Source: Lingula anatina | Taxonomy: Eukaryota > Animalia > Brachiopoda | Assembly (NCBI GenBank): GCA_051362555.1 | Contig: CM120644.1 | Location: forward strand, 21,846,534-21,910,533 | DNA length: 64,000 nucleotides | Direction of reading: 5' to 3' | Position numbers and translations under genes: made by a program | The notes under the pieces: generated by a model | Database searches by the model: none | Seen by the model: only the letters and a program-made list of their open reading frames with translations | Told to the model about the DNA's origin: nothing | Shown here: piece by piece, positions 46,354-58,581 of the stretch | Layout: each line of letters opens with the position of its first letter | Numbering within the stretch: position 1 is the stretch's first letter

Positions 46354-46538
46354 GGCTGCATTCACATCAGTGGACCAACAGATCTGCAGATCATATATGG
46401 TGACCCACTTAAAAGCATGTTGCTTAATCCCCTAATAGACACTGAACAGATTCTCTGCGGGGATTACACAACAAGCATTTAAGTGGGTCGGCCTTATTTG
46501 ATCCCTGGATCTGTTGGTCCGCTGTTGTAAAAGTGGCA
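46354..46538. mobile_element. Palindromic MITE with 3-bp (AAT) TSD inserted in the first unit of the 45-bp array
   Basis: cagtggaccaacagatc..acccacttaaa matches the reverse complement of tttaagtgggt..gatctgttggtccgctg; flanks rejoin as a 45-bp-like unit. Confidence 0.65.
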
Positions 46539-46539
46539 A

Positions 46540-47746
46540 ATGACATCACACTGCACCTATAGTGACAATAACAGTTACATTACAATGACATCACGCTGCA
46601 CCGACAGTGACAATAACAGTTACATTACAATGACATCACGCTGCACCGACAGTGACAATAACAGTTACATTACAATGACATCACGCTGCACCGACAGTGA
46701 CAATAACAGTTACATTACAATGACATCACGCTGCACCTACAGTGACAATAACAGTTACATTACAATGACATCACGCTGCACCTACAGTGACAATAACAGT
46801 TACATTACAATGACATCACGCTGCACCTACAGTGACAATAACAGTTACATTACAATGACATCACGCTGCACCGACAGTGACAATAACAGTTACATTACAA
46901 TGACATCACGCTGCACCGACAGTGACAATAACAGTTACATTACAATGACATCACGCTGCACCGACAGTGACAATAACAGTTACATTACAATGACATCACG
47001 CTGCACCGACAGTGACAATAACAGTTACATTACAATGACATCACGCTGCACCGACAGTGACAATAACAGTTACATTACAATGACATCACGCTGCACCGAC
47101 AGTGACAATAACAGTTACATTACAATGACATCACGCTGCACCTACAGTGACAATAACAGTTACATTACAATGACATCACGCTGCACCTACAGTGACAATA
47201 ACAGTTACATTACAATGACATCACGCTGCACCGACAGTGACAATAACAGTTACATTACAATGACATCACGCTGCACCTACAGTGACAATAACAGTTACAT
47301 TACAATGACATCACGCTGCACCTACAGTGACAATAACAGTTACATTACAATGACATCACGCTGCACCGACAGTGACAATAACAGTTACATTACAATGACA
47401 TCACGCTGCACCTACAGTGACAATAACAGTTACATTACAATGACATCACGCTGCACCGACAGTGACAATAACAGTTACATTACAATGACATCACGCTGCA
47501 CCGACAGTGACAATAACAGTTACATTACAATGACATCACGCTGCACCGACAGTGACAATGACAGTTACATTACAATGACATCACGCTGCACCGACAGTGA
47601 CAATAACAGTTACATTACAATGACATCACGCTGCACCGACAGTGACAATAACAGTTACATTACAATGACATCACGCTGCACCTACAGTGACAATAACAGT
47701 TACATTACAATGACATCACGCTGCACCTATAGTGACAATAACAGTT
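46540..47746. repeat. 45-bp minisatellite, 27 copies, two main variants
   Basis: Unit atgacatcacgctgcacc(t/g)acagtgacaataacagttacattaca. Confidence 0.97.
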
Positions 47747-47799
47747 GTTTATAATATCTTACTTTTTTAAAATTATTTTTACAAGTATAGCTAATACTT

Positions 47800-48050
47800 A
47801 CCTCTTGTTCCAGGGGGGCAGATCTTTTGGACATGGCCCACCCCCTGTCCTCCCTGTACACTTTCTCTTTTGCTTTTCTGTAAATTCAAGATTTGGGCTC
47901 ATATCCACTCATTTTTTCCTCACACTTTCAGTGTCCCGCCAGACTTGGTCCACTATGATGACACTATAAGCAGGAAGAAAGAAACTGATGTATCTGCCAG
48001 TATTCACCAAGAGCCATTTCACTTCATGTACGACATGAAAAAATGTAGAA
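47800..48050 (-). pseudogene. Myb/SANT-like (MSANTD/NAIF1-type, Harbinger ORF2-like) remnant exon
   Basis: Minus strand ..ESVRKK*VDM..RKCTGRTGGGP.. resembles the KKW.D...TGGGP motif and ends at a gtaagt donor at about 47800. Confidence 0.45.
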
Positions 48051-49229
48051 GCTAATGCAGGTTTTTCCTTAAATGTAAGGTATAGTGAGTCAGCTTGACT
48101 CAAAACATGCCATACCAAGTTATAAATCACACAGGGTCAATACGTGCAATGTATTTACAAAACAACTAATCAATTAACTTACTTCTTGGTTATATTTTCA
48201 CACGTTTCTTCCTTCAATGTATTAGTCACATTGTTGTTACACTTGACATGTTGACAGTCACCATCTTGCTGAGAGCCACGGATATGCAGATAGTCATAAA
48301 ATATTAATGCTTAACCTCTCCACACAAGGTTTTTGTACCTAAGGTTTTTTACCTAGGTTTTGTCATGGAGGAACGCTTATCTTGCTTCCTGAAGATGTCC
48401 ATTCTTCTGCAACTGTATGGTGCATCTGAAATTATATTTCCCAGAGTTAGATACTTGCTACTATCACACCTGTATGTGCCCTGAAATTAACTGCAGTCCA
48501 TGTACTGCCACTTTGGTGTCTAACATGTGCCTAAATTGTAACATGTTTAAGGAGTGCAACTTCAGTTAAATTACAACTGTACAAATATGAAGTTGAATCT
48601 GCTCCTATGTTTGGTTATTATCCTTCTTTATAAATTCCCTTGCAATTAATGTTTTAATGTTAAGCTCCTGATTTGTAAGATGCATTGAAAGGATAATGGA
48701 ATGTGCCATATAAGAGGAACATAATAATTTAATGGTTATACATGCATCTCACAACTACCTGTCCATCAGCAAACTGGTATTTCACAGCAATTCTCACTGG
48801 CTGGCAGTGCTTCACTCTCGACTTATCCATCCTAGTTTCTGCATCTCATGGCAGAAACACTCCCCTTCAGCCCTGTTCTGATAGAAAAACATATCACTGT
48901 TAGTCAAAGCAGTTTTTACTTCTATTGTTAATAAACTGGGATTGGATATGTAAGATATAATGTGAGGGTGCAGAGCTTGACATTAAGGCATCGTTCACAT
49001 GAAACATCCAAATTCCAAAAAGACATTGGCGGTATCTAGTGATCACGGTCTGTGCACTGAATACCCTATGGCGTAATCAACTAGCAGGGCAAGCGAGTTA
49101 CTTCCAAAGCTGTAATTAAATCTTGGTTGCGCTCGGAGGAGATTCTGACACCTGGATGCATGCGCAGTAGTATCTCTAAACTGTGGAGTTCATTAGTTTA
49201 GTTGTGACGACGCAAGGATAGCAGACGCA

Positions 49230-49490
49230 AAACATGGCTAGAAGTGCAAAACACATTCTTAGAGTTCTCTTTCAACTTACTGATTTTATTAAGGCAAGCC
49301 TGGCCTGAACGATCAATGCCGCAATCTTGTCTCCGCCGCTCAGCGATCTTTCCGAAAACTTGAACATTTGCGTAACGCACACTTGAATGTCTTCCTCCCC
49401 CCAGATACTGAAGAGTGTGAGGGTCTCTGCGTCCGCCCAGTTTTCCGTTCCCTTTGCCTTTCCTCCAACTGGTTTGGCAACTAATCCCAC
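49230..49490 (-). pseudogene. Myb/SANT trihelix-like DNA-binding remnant
   Basis: NWADAETLTLFSIWGEEDIQ followed after a frameshift by RYANVQVFGKIAE..RSGQACLNKISKLK. Confidence 0.65.
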
Positions 49491-51762
49491 CAGGAATATT
49501 TTTCATTTATTGTAAGTTTTACGGTTTGTTATATGGGAGTGCAACATAATTTTTTTTGAATTCCTATTGAATCTGGAGTATCAGTTAGAAAACAAATAGT
49601 ATTTCATTGTATGCTTGGTAAGCCAACCCCCTCCTCCCTCCAATGATTTTGTTTTTAATCTGGTACCGAAACCAAACCACCAGGCCTGGTTGCATTTTAT
49701 AGCAACTAGGAAAAAAAAAGCAAATGTCAAGCCCTAGTGTGAAATCTTACCACATTTTACGATATGTGTTACAGTTATTTCTATAACATCATTCTATACA
49801 TTTTAATATGCAACATTTCAATACCATTATTGGACTACAAATTAACATAGCAATTAAGCTTGCAATGAAATTAACAAAACTGCTGCCTTTATTCAACAAA
49901 AATTTGCTGAATTTTATTGGATTAAATTGAAATCATAAAAAAATTGAAAAGATTAAATTTTATGTAATGTGATAGTTACACTTATAAAAGGATACGAAAT
50001 ATAGGAAAACTCACCATTAAGGCATTTTGCTGGACATTTCTGTCGCTTCTTTAACAGCACTTGAGAAATGGAATTCTGTATATTATAAAAAATATAAGTT
50101 TTAATCAGATGCATTACTGAACATTTAGTCATTATATATATACTGAGAAAACATCGTTTTCTGAGGGTGTGCTGTTGGACATTTGGGACAGAAGTATATT
50201 AAAACAATTTCTCTCCTTCTCCTTTTAGAATGCAGATAAAAAAATGTCAATTGCTAATTACATTTTACTGCAAGTTTTTATTACTGTATTAGATTGTGTA
50301 CCCCCACATCATTATAATTTTTAAAACACCCTCATGGATGTCCACTTCTGTCCCAAATGTCCAATAGCACACATTAAGTAACAGTTTAGTTTTCTTTGCA
50401 TAATGTTTGTGGCAGCAGTGCACATAGTAGGTTTTTTGACAATTTTCATGCAATATTACATAATGATTAACAACATAATCACCACAAAATTTTAACTATC
50501 TACTATAAATAATGCTGACAATGAGAAAACGTACATACGGGTACCATACTGCTTTATGCCCATGGGAGTCCCACAATGAACATGCCAATATGTGAAAAAT
50601 AAAAATTTCACAAAGAACTGAAAAGCTTCCGGAAAAAAGGATGCATTCATACTGCTTTTACAACTCAAGCTACATTTCAGTCCCATGAATCTTTTCCGTA
50701 GGTTTGAGAATCATAGGTAACATGGTTTTCCTTCAGTGATCATAATGGCGGAAGTGCCCAAAATAGGGTTTTCTTCGATTTTCATGTAATATTACGTAAT
50801 GCTTAACAGCATAATGACCCCCATTTTTTAAAATGATATAACAGAAGTATCATGAATACTCAGAAAATGTGACTTACAATGGTCTTCAAGCCCATGGAAG
50901 TTTATAATCACACCTTAAAAATGCCAATATGTGAAAAAAATTAAAATTTCACAAAAAGTTTTTGAAAGGAAAAGAAACATTTTTGTGGGAACCATAGGGC
51001 GCGCTAGGAAATCTCCCTCTCTGTCAACTGTCATTGTTGAAAGGGTTGAAAGGTTTGTGCTTTTACCAGTGTTAACTCTGGACAACCATGCCTGCAGGTG
51101 GTACTATCAACTCATATCTCACACACCAACCTTTAAACCTGCCAATACGGAAACAAAGCGGTTGTGTTAGGCCAATTTGTTAGTGTGAAAGTCAGATCTA
51201 ACGTGACAGGTGAAAGTTCTAAAAGTGCAGTTTCTGAAGCTCCATTCAATATTTCATTTTCACACTGCGCGCCATGAAGACTCGATGATATGCACTCTAA
51301 AACTAAAATTAACGATTAAAATAAGGTTTAACTAAATCAACAATAACGTATGAACAGAAGGTATATTAACTCAATGAATATGTGATAGTTCATCATTCAA
51401 CTTTAACAAAAAATCCTAGCCTACTTTGTACGCCCTCCGTCAAAAACGTGTTGTGTCACTTCTTCCGTCAACAAACAACTACAAGTACGCATTTTACACT
51501 GCGCACATCCGGAACATTTTCTAAATATTTCGTTAGAATTTTAGTCTCGATTAAATATTTCTATTTGGACTGATTCAAATGTTCAATCTAACATACCAAT
51601 ATGATGATAAAATTATATTACAATAATGGAAAAAAGTTAGTGTTTTGTTCATAAGCACAGTTTTACTATTATTCAAGTGATCAAAAATTCGAAACAGTCA
51701 TTGAGTTGTCAACATTCAGAGGAAAGCGGGATCGTCGCAGTAGTTTGAAGCACGTGGTCAAC

Positions 51763-54700
51763 ATGGATAGTGAGAGCACTGCCAGCACTTCGCAACAAAC
51801 CTCAGGAGGAGCAAGAAATTCGGACCTTATTGTATTCCAGTGTTCAGGGTGCAATGCAATCATTGGAGACTCGTCCTCTTACATTGGAACGCACCGTGAT
51901 ATTGGGATCATGGTTCTGGCAGGTAAAGTTTGCAGTTTTCAGTTTTTTTTTCACTTAGCAGTTGTCAGACGTTTATTTTTTATCACCAGTTTACAGAGAT
52001 TTCTTTAATTTAGGGTTCTCTGCAATGTAATAATTTGATTCATTCAAAAGTCGCCTGGAAATGGGAATTGTTAATTGTATTATGATCAAAGATTTGGGGC
52101 TCATTCCCAATGAATCTTGTTCCACGTGCATCGATCCAACTCCGTAGTTACTCTCGCTGAATGCAATCAGGTTGACAGATCGTTTCATTGGGAATGAGCC
52201 CATAGAAGTAGGAATAATTCCTGGTGTTTGTGAAAAGGTCATAATAAGTCAATTGCAATGTGGTACAGTGATATTATCAATATTGTCCTAACATTCCAGC
52301 TGCCAACAATGTCTACCAGGGGAACAATCTGGTGTCTTCTACAGATGGTGAAGATGTAGGAAGGTCAGCTGATATTTCTATAGTTTTTATAAGGAATCAG
52401 TCATTGTTTTTGTGCATTTTCAGGATATAGAATTTAAAAGCAAACCTTAGATTTTTCTTTTCATGTAAATTGGAATATTGTTTCAAGACCTTATTCTGAG
52501 CCAAAATGATGGAAACTGTAATTTTTTTTCTGTTCATGTTTGCAATCTATAAAGATGTATTTTCATTGCATATTTTATTTCCAGCACCTATGTGAGGGCT
52601 AGGTGTCTGAAGTGCAAGAGGATCCTTGGTCAAGTGTACAAGACAACACCCAAGGAGCTGGACTTTCTCAGGGAGACATTTAGTTTTGATGTCTTCAAAG
52701 TCACAAAGTAAGCAGAACTTTAAAGGAGGCATATATGAACTAAAGCCAATTAAGTGTCATTTTGTTGTAGAGGTGACTGGTGTCTGAAATTGTGTTACGT
52801 AGTGTTTTGAGATGACATTTGACTGGTGTCTGAAATTGCTTGTCTTAGATATTATTGTTGAGATGACATTTGACTGGTGTCTGAAATTGATTGTCTTAGA
52901 TATTGTTGTTGAGATGACATTTGACTGGTGTCTGAAATTGCTTGTCTTAGGCTCTATTCCCATAGATTTTAGATCGATCTATCCCCTCGGGGAGACGCAC
53001 TAGATTACATTCAGATAATCAGAGTTAAATGTCCGTCCCGCCTACTACAAGCTGTAAGAGGGTAATTAACTTTCATGTCCGCCCGGCTGACAGCTATTTA
53101 GCGTGAACCCCCAGGGAGTTAGGTCGATCTAAAGTAGGTCGATCTAATCTACGGAAATGGGGTGTAAGATATTGTTGTTGAGATGACATTTGACTGGTGT
53201 CTGAAATTGCTTGTCTTAGATATTGTTGTTGAGATGACATTTGACTGGTGTCTGAAATTGCTTGTCTTAGATATTGTTGTTGAGATGACATTTGACTGGT
53301 GTCTGAAATTGCTTGTCTTAGATATTGTTGTTGAGATGACATTTGACTGGTGTCTGAAATTGCTTGTCTTAGATTTTGTTGTTGAGATGACATTTGACTG
53401 GTGTCTGAAATTGCTTGTCTTAGATATTGTTGTTGAGTTGACAATTGACTGGTGTCTGAAATCGCTTGTATTAGATATAGCTGTTGAGAAGACATCTGAC
53501 ATATGACCTAGCTCACAACTTTCAATAAGGGAAAATTAAGGGCTGCAGCACCTCCCCGACCCCCACCTCAGCCAGTTTTGTGTAGTGTTTTTAGCCACAA
53601 GTGTTCATATATGGCTCTGTAAGATTTTTTTAGTTTGATTTTTGATACATTGGAAAGAACTTAAAAAAGAATTGCAATTTTACTTTTCTAAGCCCTACGT
53701 GCCAGCTCATTGTTGCTATAGTACTAAGACTAGGTTCCCATTTCTAGATCGATCCATTTGGATCGATCTAACTACCTGGGGAGTTTCACTAAATTGCTGT
53801 CAACTAGCTGGCTTAAATGTTTGTCAGGCCTACAGAAGCAGCTAGGGGGTAAAGATAATTACCCCCTTACAGCTTTATTAGGTGTGACAGACTAAGCTGG
53901 TCAGGTTGACAGCAATTTAGTGAAACTCCCAAGGGAGATAAATTGATCCAAATATCTGTGGGAATGGTCCCTAAGATCGGTTTCCTCGGTCTACTTCAAG
54001 AACAGTTGGTCCTACTTTTCACAGGGCTCAATCCCATTGAAACTATCAATTTACGAGGAGTTCCTTGCTATATTGCTTTCAGCTTCAGTGGCTTAAATGA
54101 AGCTGCTAAACGATAATTATTTGCCCCCTAGCAGCTTCAGTAGCGTGGGGTCTGGGAATGGTCCCTAAGTTAACATGAGAGTGTGCCTTGTCCTGAGGAA
54201 AGGGACATAAAAACATACACAGGTGGGAGATAAAATTAATGACAAGACGTGAAGTGGATTCTGTACATAGATCATGTAGGAGCAGTGTTTCTCCATGCCT
54301 GTTTGGTTATTGAGACATAAAGTGAATCATCTTCTTTACAACTTTACTGCTAGGAAAAAAATAAAAAATAAAATAAAAATAAATAAATAAATAAGTAAAT
54401 AAAATAAAAAAATAAATAAAAAATTACATTTTGATGATGTTTTTTGTTAGTTATGAATTGGCCAGTGGCAAGGTGACACCTCTGCCAGACAAACCTGTGG
54501 ACAACTCTCCAGTGCCGTCTTACAGAGATGTGGTCATGGAGTTCCAGAAGGTGAGCATGCATCTTGACGGAAAAAGGTGCTTCTTTTGTGTAATTACATG
54601 TGTAAGCAATCTGTGGGTCTTCAGCTGTAGCTTTTTTGTGGTTCTTATACCTATCTGTCATTATATATTGATTTATAAAGGAATTCAGTGCGTTGTTTCT

Positions 54701-55130
54701 TATTGTTTTCAAATATATCTCTATAAAATTGGATAGTTGTCTTACATTTAGTAATATGCATATATTACTATGAAAGTCCATACGTGGTGGATTGAGATGT
54801 GTTTTATGAATCTCCTCTCCTTTGTCAAGAATAACTTTGTTTGATATGTATATAAGAGATGCTGTAAAGTTAATATACATTTAAGGCAATGCAATGCATA
54901 AAATATTTCTTGTCTGACTATTATTTCAGATGCAGGGCATTTTTGTCGCCATGAATGAAAGAATCAACACCTTGGAGAAAGGTCTCCCACCTGCCTCAAG
55001 ACCTCCTGCTGACAACACCGTCGTCGTTCTGCCGCAGGTTCCAGGGCCCTCTAGTGGCCCGGTGCAGCCGATCACCAAGAAACAGAGATCAGAAAAATAC
55101 ATTGGTTACCAAGCCAGTGAACAGGAGTAA
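51763..55130 (+). CDS. Mis18: Mis18 centromere-licensing protein (Yippee/Mis18 domain); 5 exons, 215 aa
   Basis: Exons 51763-51922, 52300-52363, 52585-52707, 54451-54550, 54930-55130 total 648 nt in frame. Motifs VFQCSGCNAIIGDS, CLKCKRILGQVYKTTPKELDFLR..FSFD..YEL, and a C-terminal helix. Confidence 0.9.
52757..53500. repeat. 48-bp minisatellite in Mis18 intron 3, split by a MITE
   Basis: Unit gatattgttgttgagatgacatttgactggtgtctgaaattgcttgtctta-like; about 4 copies before and about 7 after the insertion. Confidence 0.93.
52951..53164. mobile_element. MITE family B inserted in the 48-bp array
   Basis: Interrupts a unit at TTA; flanks tta/taa; homologous to 26810-26958 and 53731-53972. Confidence 0.75.
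53731..54168. mobile_element. Two adjacent family-B MITE copies
   Basis: Both end in gggaatggtccctaa (about 53974 and 54168) and share internal motifs. Confidence 0.6.
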
Positions 55131-57348
55131 GGAGGATTCACTTGTTGTTTCTTTGAGGATTGCTTGTCAAGAACACTTGTTTTGTTCCAAGTGAAGGAGT
55201 CTTCACAAATATGACAACAGTTTTTTAAAGAAAATTATTAAGTTGAGGATCTAGTGAACACTAGTTCTCATTATGTAATTAGTGCCATATTCATTATCTG
55301 GACTGTGATGAAAGAAATGTGAAAGTTTCACAGATTTTAAATCAGACATTTGATTTACAAATATTTTATGGTTTCAGTTTAGCATCAGATGAATGCTAGT
55401 TCTCGGTCTGTAATTACAGCACTTCTGTTGTCACTGAGTGCTTTTAATTGATCTGACTTTGAAATGAATGCCTTTTTTATATGACTTGTGTTCAGTTGTT
55501 TTACTAGAAGTTCAGAACAAGTTGTCTCTGGTAAGTGCAGGTCTTTAAGGGAAAGTCGGGTCTTTTGAAGAATTTGTAGATTATACATTAAATTTAAAGT
55601 TGAAGGTAATTTGTGTTTTTTTATCATCAGTTTGTTTTGCAACTTGTATTTAGAACAGATAATTCACTTTCTGGTTGATTGTTCAAAGCATGTTTCACAG
55701 ATGTTACTATGATCAGTTGTCTTTTACAAATATATGTTGATTTCGAGTTGAGATCCCAGTGAATACTGGTTCTGTCTGTAATTAATGAGATAAATTGTTG
55801 AACAGTGTTTACAGAAAAGTGAAGAAGTCTTCACAAATGTTCAAATAGTTCAGCATTTTAGAATTATTTATGTTGAGTGTCTAGTGAACACTTTTTTCAG
55901 TCGTTAATTCATGTCTTAGAACAAACTTTGATATGTAAGCACATCTTGCTTATGATTTGCAAACTGTTTTGTTTCATAAAGGTTACTTGAATCAGTCGAA
56001 GATAAATTGGATCATTGACACGCGTTTCAAAGATGTTAAAACAGTTGTTTTTTACAATACTTACTAGTTTTAAGTGGAACGTCTTGTTAGTGCAAGTTTT
56101 TAGTCTGTTATGAGATCCATAAATAATTGAACTTTGTTAAAAGAAAAGTGAAGAAGTACTCACAAATTGAAAAAAAAAATCAGTTGTGATTTCATAAATA
56201 TTTGTGTAGGTTTTGAATTCAGTCCAATTAATTTCTTAGATAAATTCTTGTAAGCATGTTTTCCTTATCATATTCAAAGAGTTATCATGTTATATTATTT
56301 CATGAAAGTGACTTGAATCAGTCAAAGCTAAATCGGTTCAAAAGACAAAGGTAATTTGTTGTTTGTAGCTACCACCAATTAGTTTAACTGTTGAGACTTA
56401 GTCACAATCTGGAAGATTGTCTTAGGCCTGTTCTTTAGAGTTCTCAGTTAACTAGATCATTGCAGACATTTACTTAGCAGCCTACTTCAAATCTTTAGTT
56501 ATACGTCTGTGTTCTCCATTCCTGTAAACAACATGAAGGAGCAAATAAAATGAAAATTTTCTTTAAAAACAAAGTCTTGATTTGTTCTCGATATTTACTA
56601 ATTAAATTCTTGAATACATCTGTGGACAGCCACTTCACACACTAAGGTGGGATCTTTTAAGAAAACCTCAAAAATGGGTCATATCTTTGGTAAATGCCGT
56701 GTTCTGATGTAAAAATATGAGTCTCCTAAAATAACTGCATATTTTAGTTTATTTTTTCAAAAATTTACCACATTTTTATGAGCATTGCACATTTAACACT
56801 GCTTATCCTCAGGATAAACCTTTAATTTGTATTTTGTCTCATATTTTTTGGTAGTGGTTCAAAAAAAGTGAAATAATCATTTCTTTACATATGGAGCAAG
56901 AGGCCATCTCAGCCAGTGCCTCTAGCTCAAACAGCAGGCATGATACCAGTAGCAGTCAAGTTTTCTTCATAAAAAAATGCCCAGGTTTTTATGAGCCCTA
57001 TCTTAAGTAACTGAATGCCTAAATTAAATATATATATTTTTATATTACATAAAATGAAAATAATTACTAATCACTAGTAGCAATGACTGAAATTTTAACT
57101 GAAATTCAGTTGGCACTTCTTGACTTTAAAATTTCCAAACCAACTACTCTTTGTAACTATTGAAGGCACTGAGGCTAACTTATTCCTTGATGTGATGGAT
57201 ATATGGTTTTAATATTAATAAAACTTGAGTGACACTGAAATTATAAAGTTGAGGGGTCACTCCCATACCTCCAATACAGTAACCTGGTAATTGTCCCAGA
57301 CCTACATGTAAGATTTGATTTTTTTCATTTTGATCAGGACTCCATAGG

Positions 57349-57375
57349 CAGGGGGCTAATCCAGGATTATTTTAT

Positions 57376-57413
<38 letters not shown>

Positions 57414-57671
57414 CCGGAACAACAGGCCTCGGATGCTAAGACAACTATAGTCCCTTGGTGTGGGGTTCGGGCCTGCTCAAGGGCCCTGGAAATTTTTTGG
57501 TGTTTTGGAGGGCAAACAATGCCCTTTGGTATGGTTTATAACTATGATCCAGATATTCCATGTTGTAATTTCAAGAGGGGAATATTGGTGTGATATATTT
57601 TTCAGAAAATGAAGGGGGGGGGGGGGTCAGAACCCCCTTGCCCCCCCCCCCCCCCTCTAAATCTGCCACTG
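57349..57671. mobile_element. hAT-type MITE with perfect 6-bp TSD CATAGG
   Basis: CAG...CTG termini, catagg at 57343-57348 and 57672-57677, long G/C runs inside. Confidence 0.75.
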
Positions 57672-58389
57672 CATAGGGTCCTAAAGAATCCTAGCTTGGT
57701 TGTCACTTTAACTGACTTGTGCAACTTTAAAATATCCACACTGGACACTCATTTCCAAAGACATATACACCACTGCATAAATGCGTCCCTTAATCTTGGT
57801 AGATGCCACTATTTCTGCCAAACCAGGCAGTCGTTTTTACTATTTAATGTTGCATAACCATGAAAAGTGCTCAACCCATTTATATACAGCAGGATGTGAA
57901 ACTGAACATAGCCAACATTATTTATCTACTTATCTAAAATCTAAAAAAGAAAAAAATCTAAAGATTATTAGATTAAAAAAAAAAACAGTTTGACATGATT
58001 ATGCAGTAGCATATAGTCTTCCTTTTCCTGTACTTCTGGCAAAAATGCACCAAATAGTTATTTAGTCTATTTCATTTCATGACACTTTCAAAGGCATTGT
58101 GGTGACTGTGTATATGCCAGGTGACACAGGGTCCCAGGCCCATGGGAGTTCAGAGTAAGACACTGAATTCGAAGTTGCTAATGTTTGAAAATTTTCTTTA
58201 AAAAATCACAAAAAAAGAAAAAATACAAAACTTCAAATAATAATAAATCGTGATCATAGTTTGGGGATACGGAAAATAAATTTATCTAATCACAAATTAC
58301 ACCAAATAAAATTTTATTCACATTTCATTGAAAAGCACGAAACACAGAACGTAATGACTTCAGTTTACGAAAGACGAGGCATAAAAAGG

Positions 58390-58535
58390 GGGCGTCTCGA
58401 TAGTCCGAAGGTTCGTTGGTCCGAAGGTTCATTGGTCCGAAAAACGGTAACATTTTGATCGGTTTTTTAATCAAGGGTTCATTGGTCCGAAGGTTCTGTA
58501 GTGAACATTCGGACCAATGAACCTTCGGACTAGCT
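58390..58535. mobile_element. Short element built from ggttcattggtccgaa repeats in direct and inverted orientation
   Basis: Direct reading. Confidence 0.55.
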
Positions 58536-58581
58536 GCATTCACGAGACAAAGAATTGGGCTGCATCTCCAATCACGCTGAA

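Noticed and set aside
46540-47754. 404-aa repetitive ORF (MTSRCT[Y/D]SDNNSYIT)n as a real protein
   Set aside because: Arises automatically from a stop-free 45-bp unit; no signal peptide or unique domain; the first unit is interrupted by a MITE.
52757-53506. ORFs on both strands in the 48-bp array
   Set aside because: Repeat-derived frames inside a Mis18 intron.
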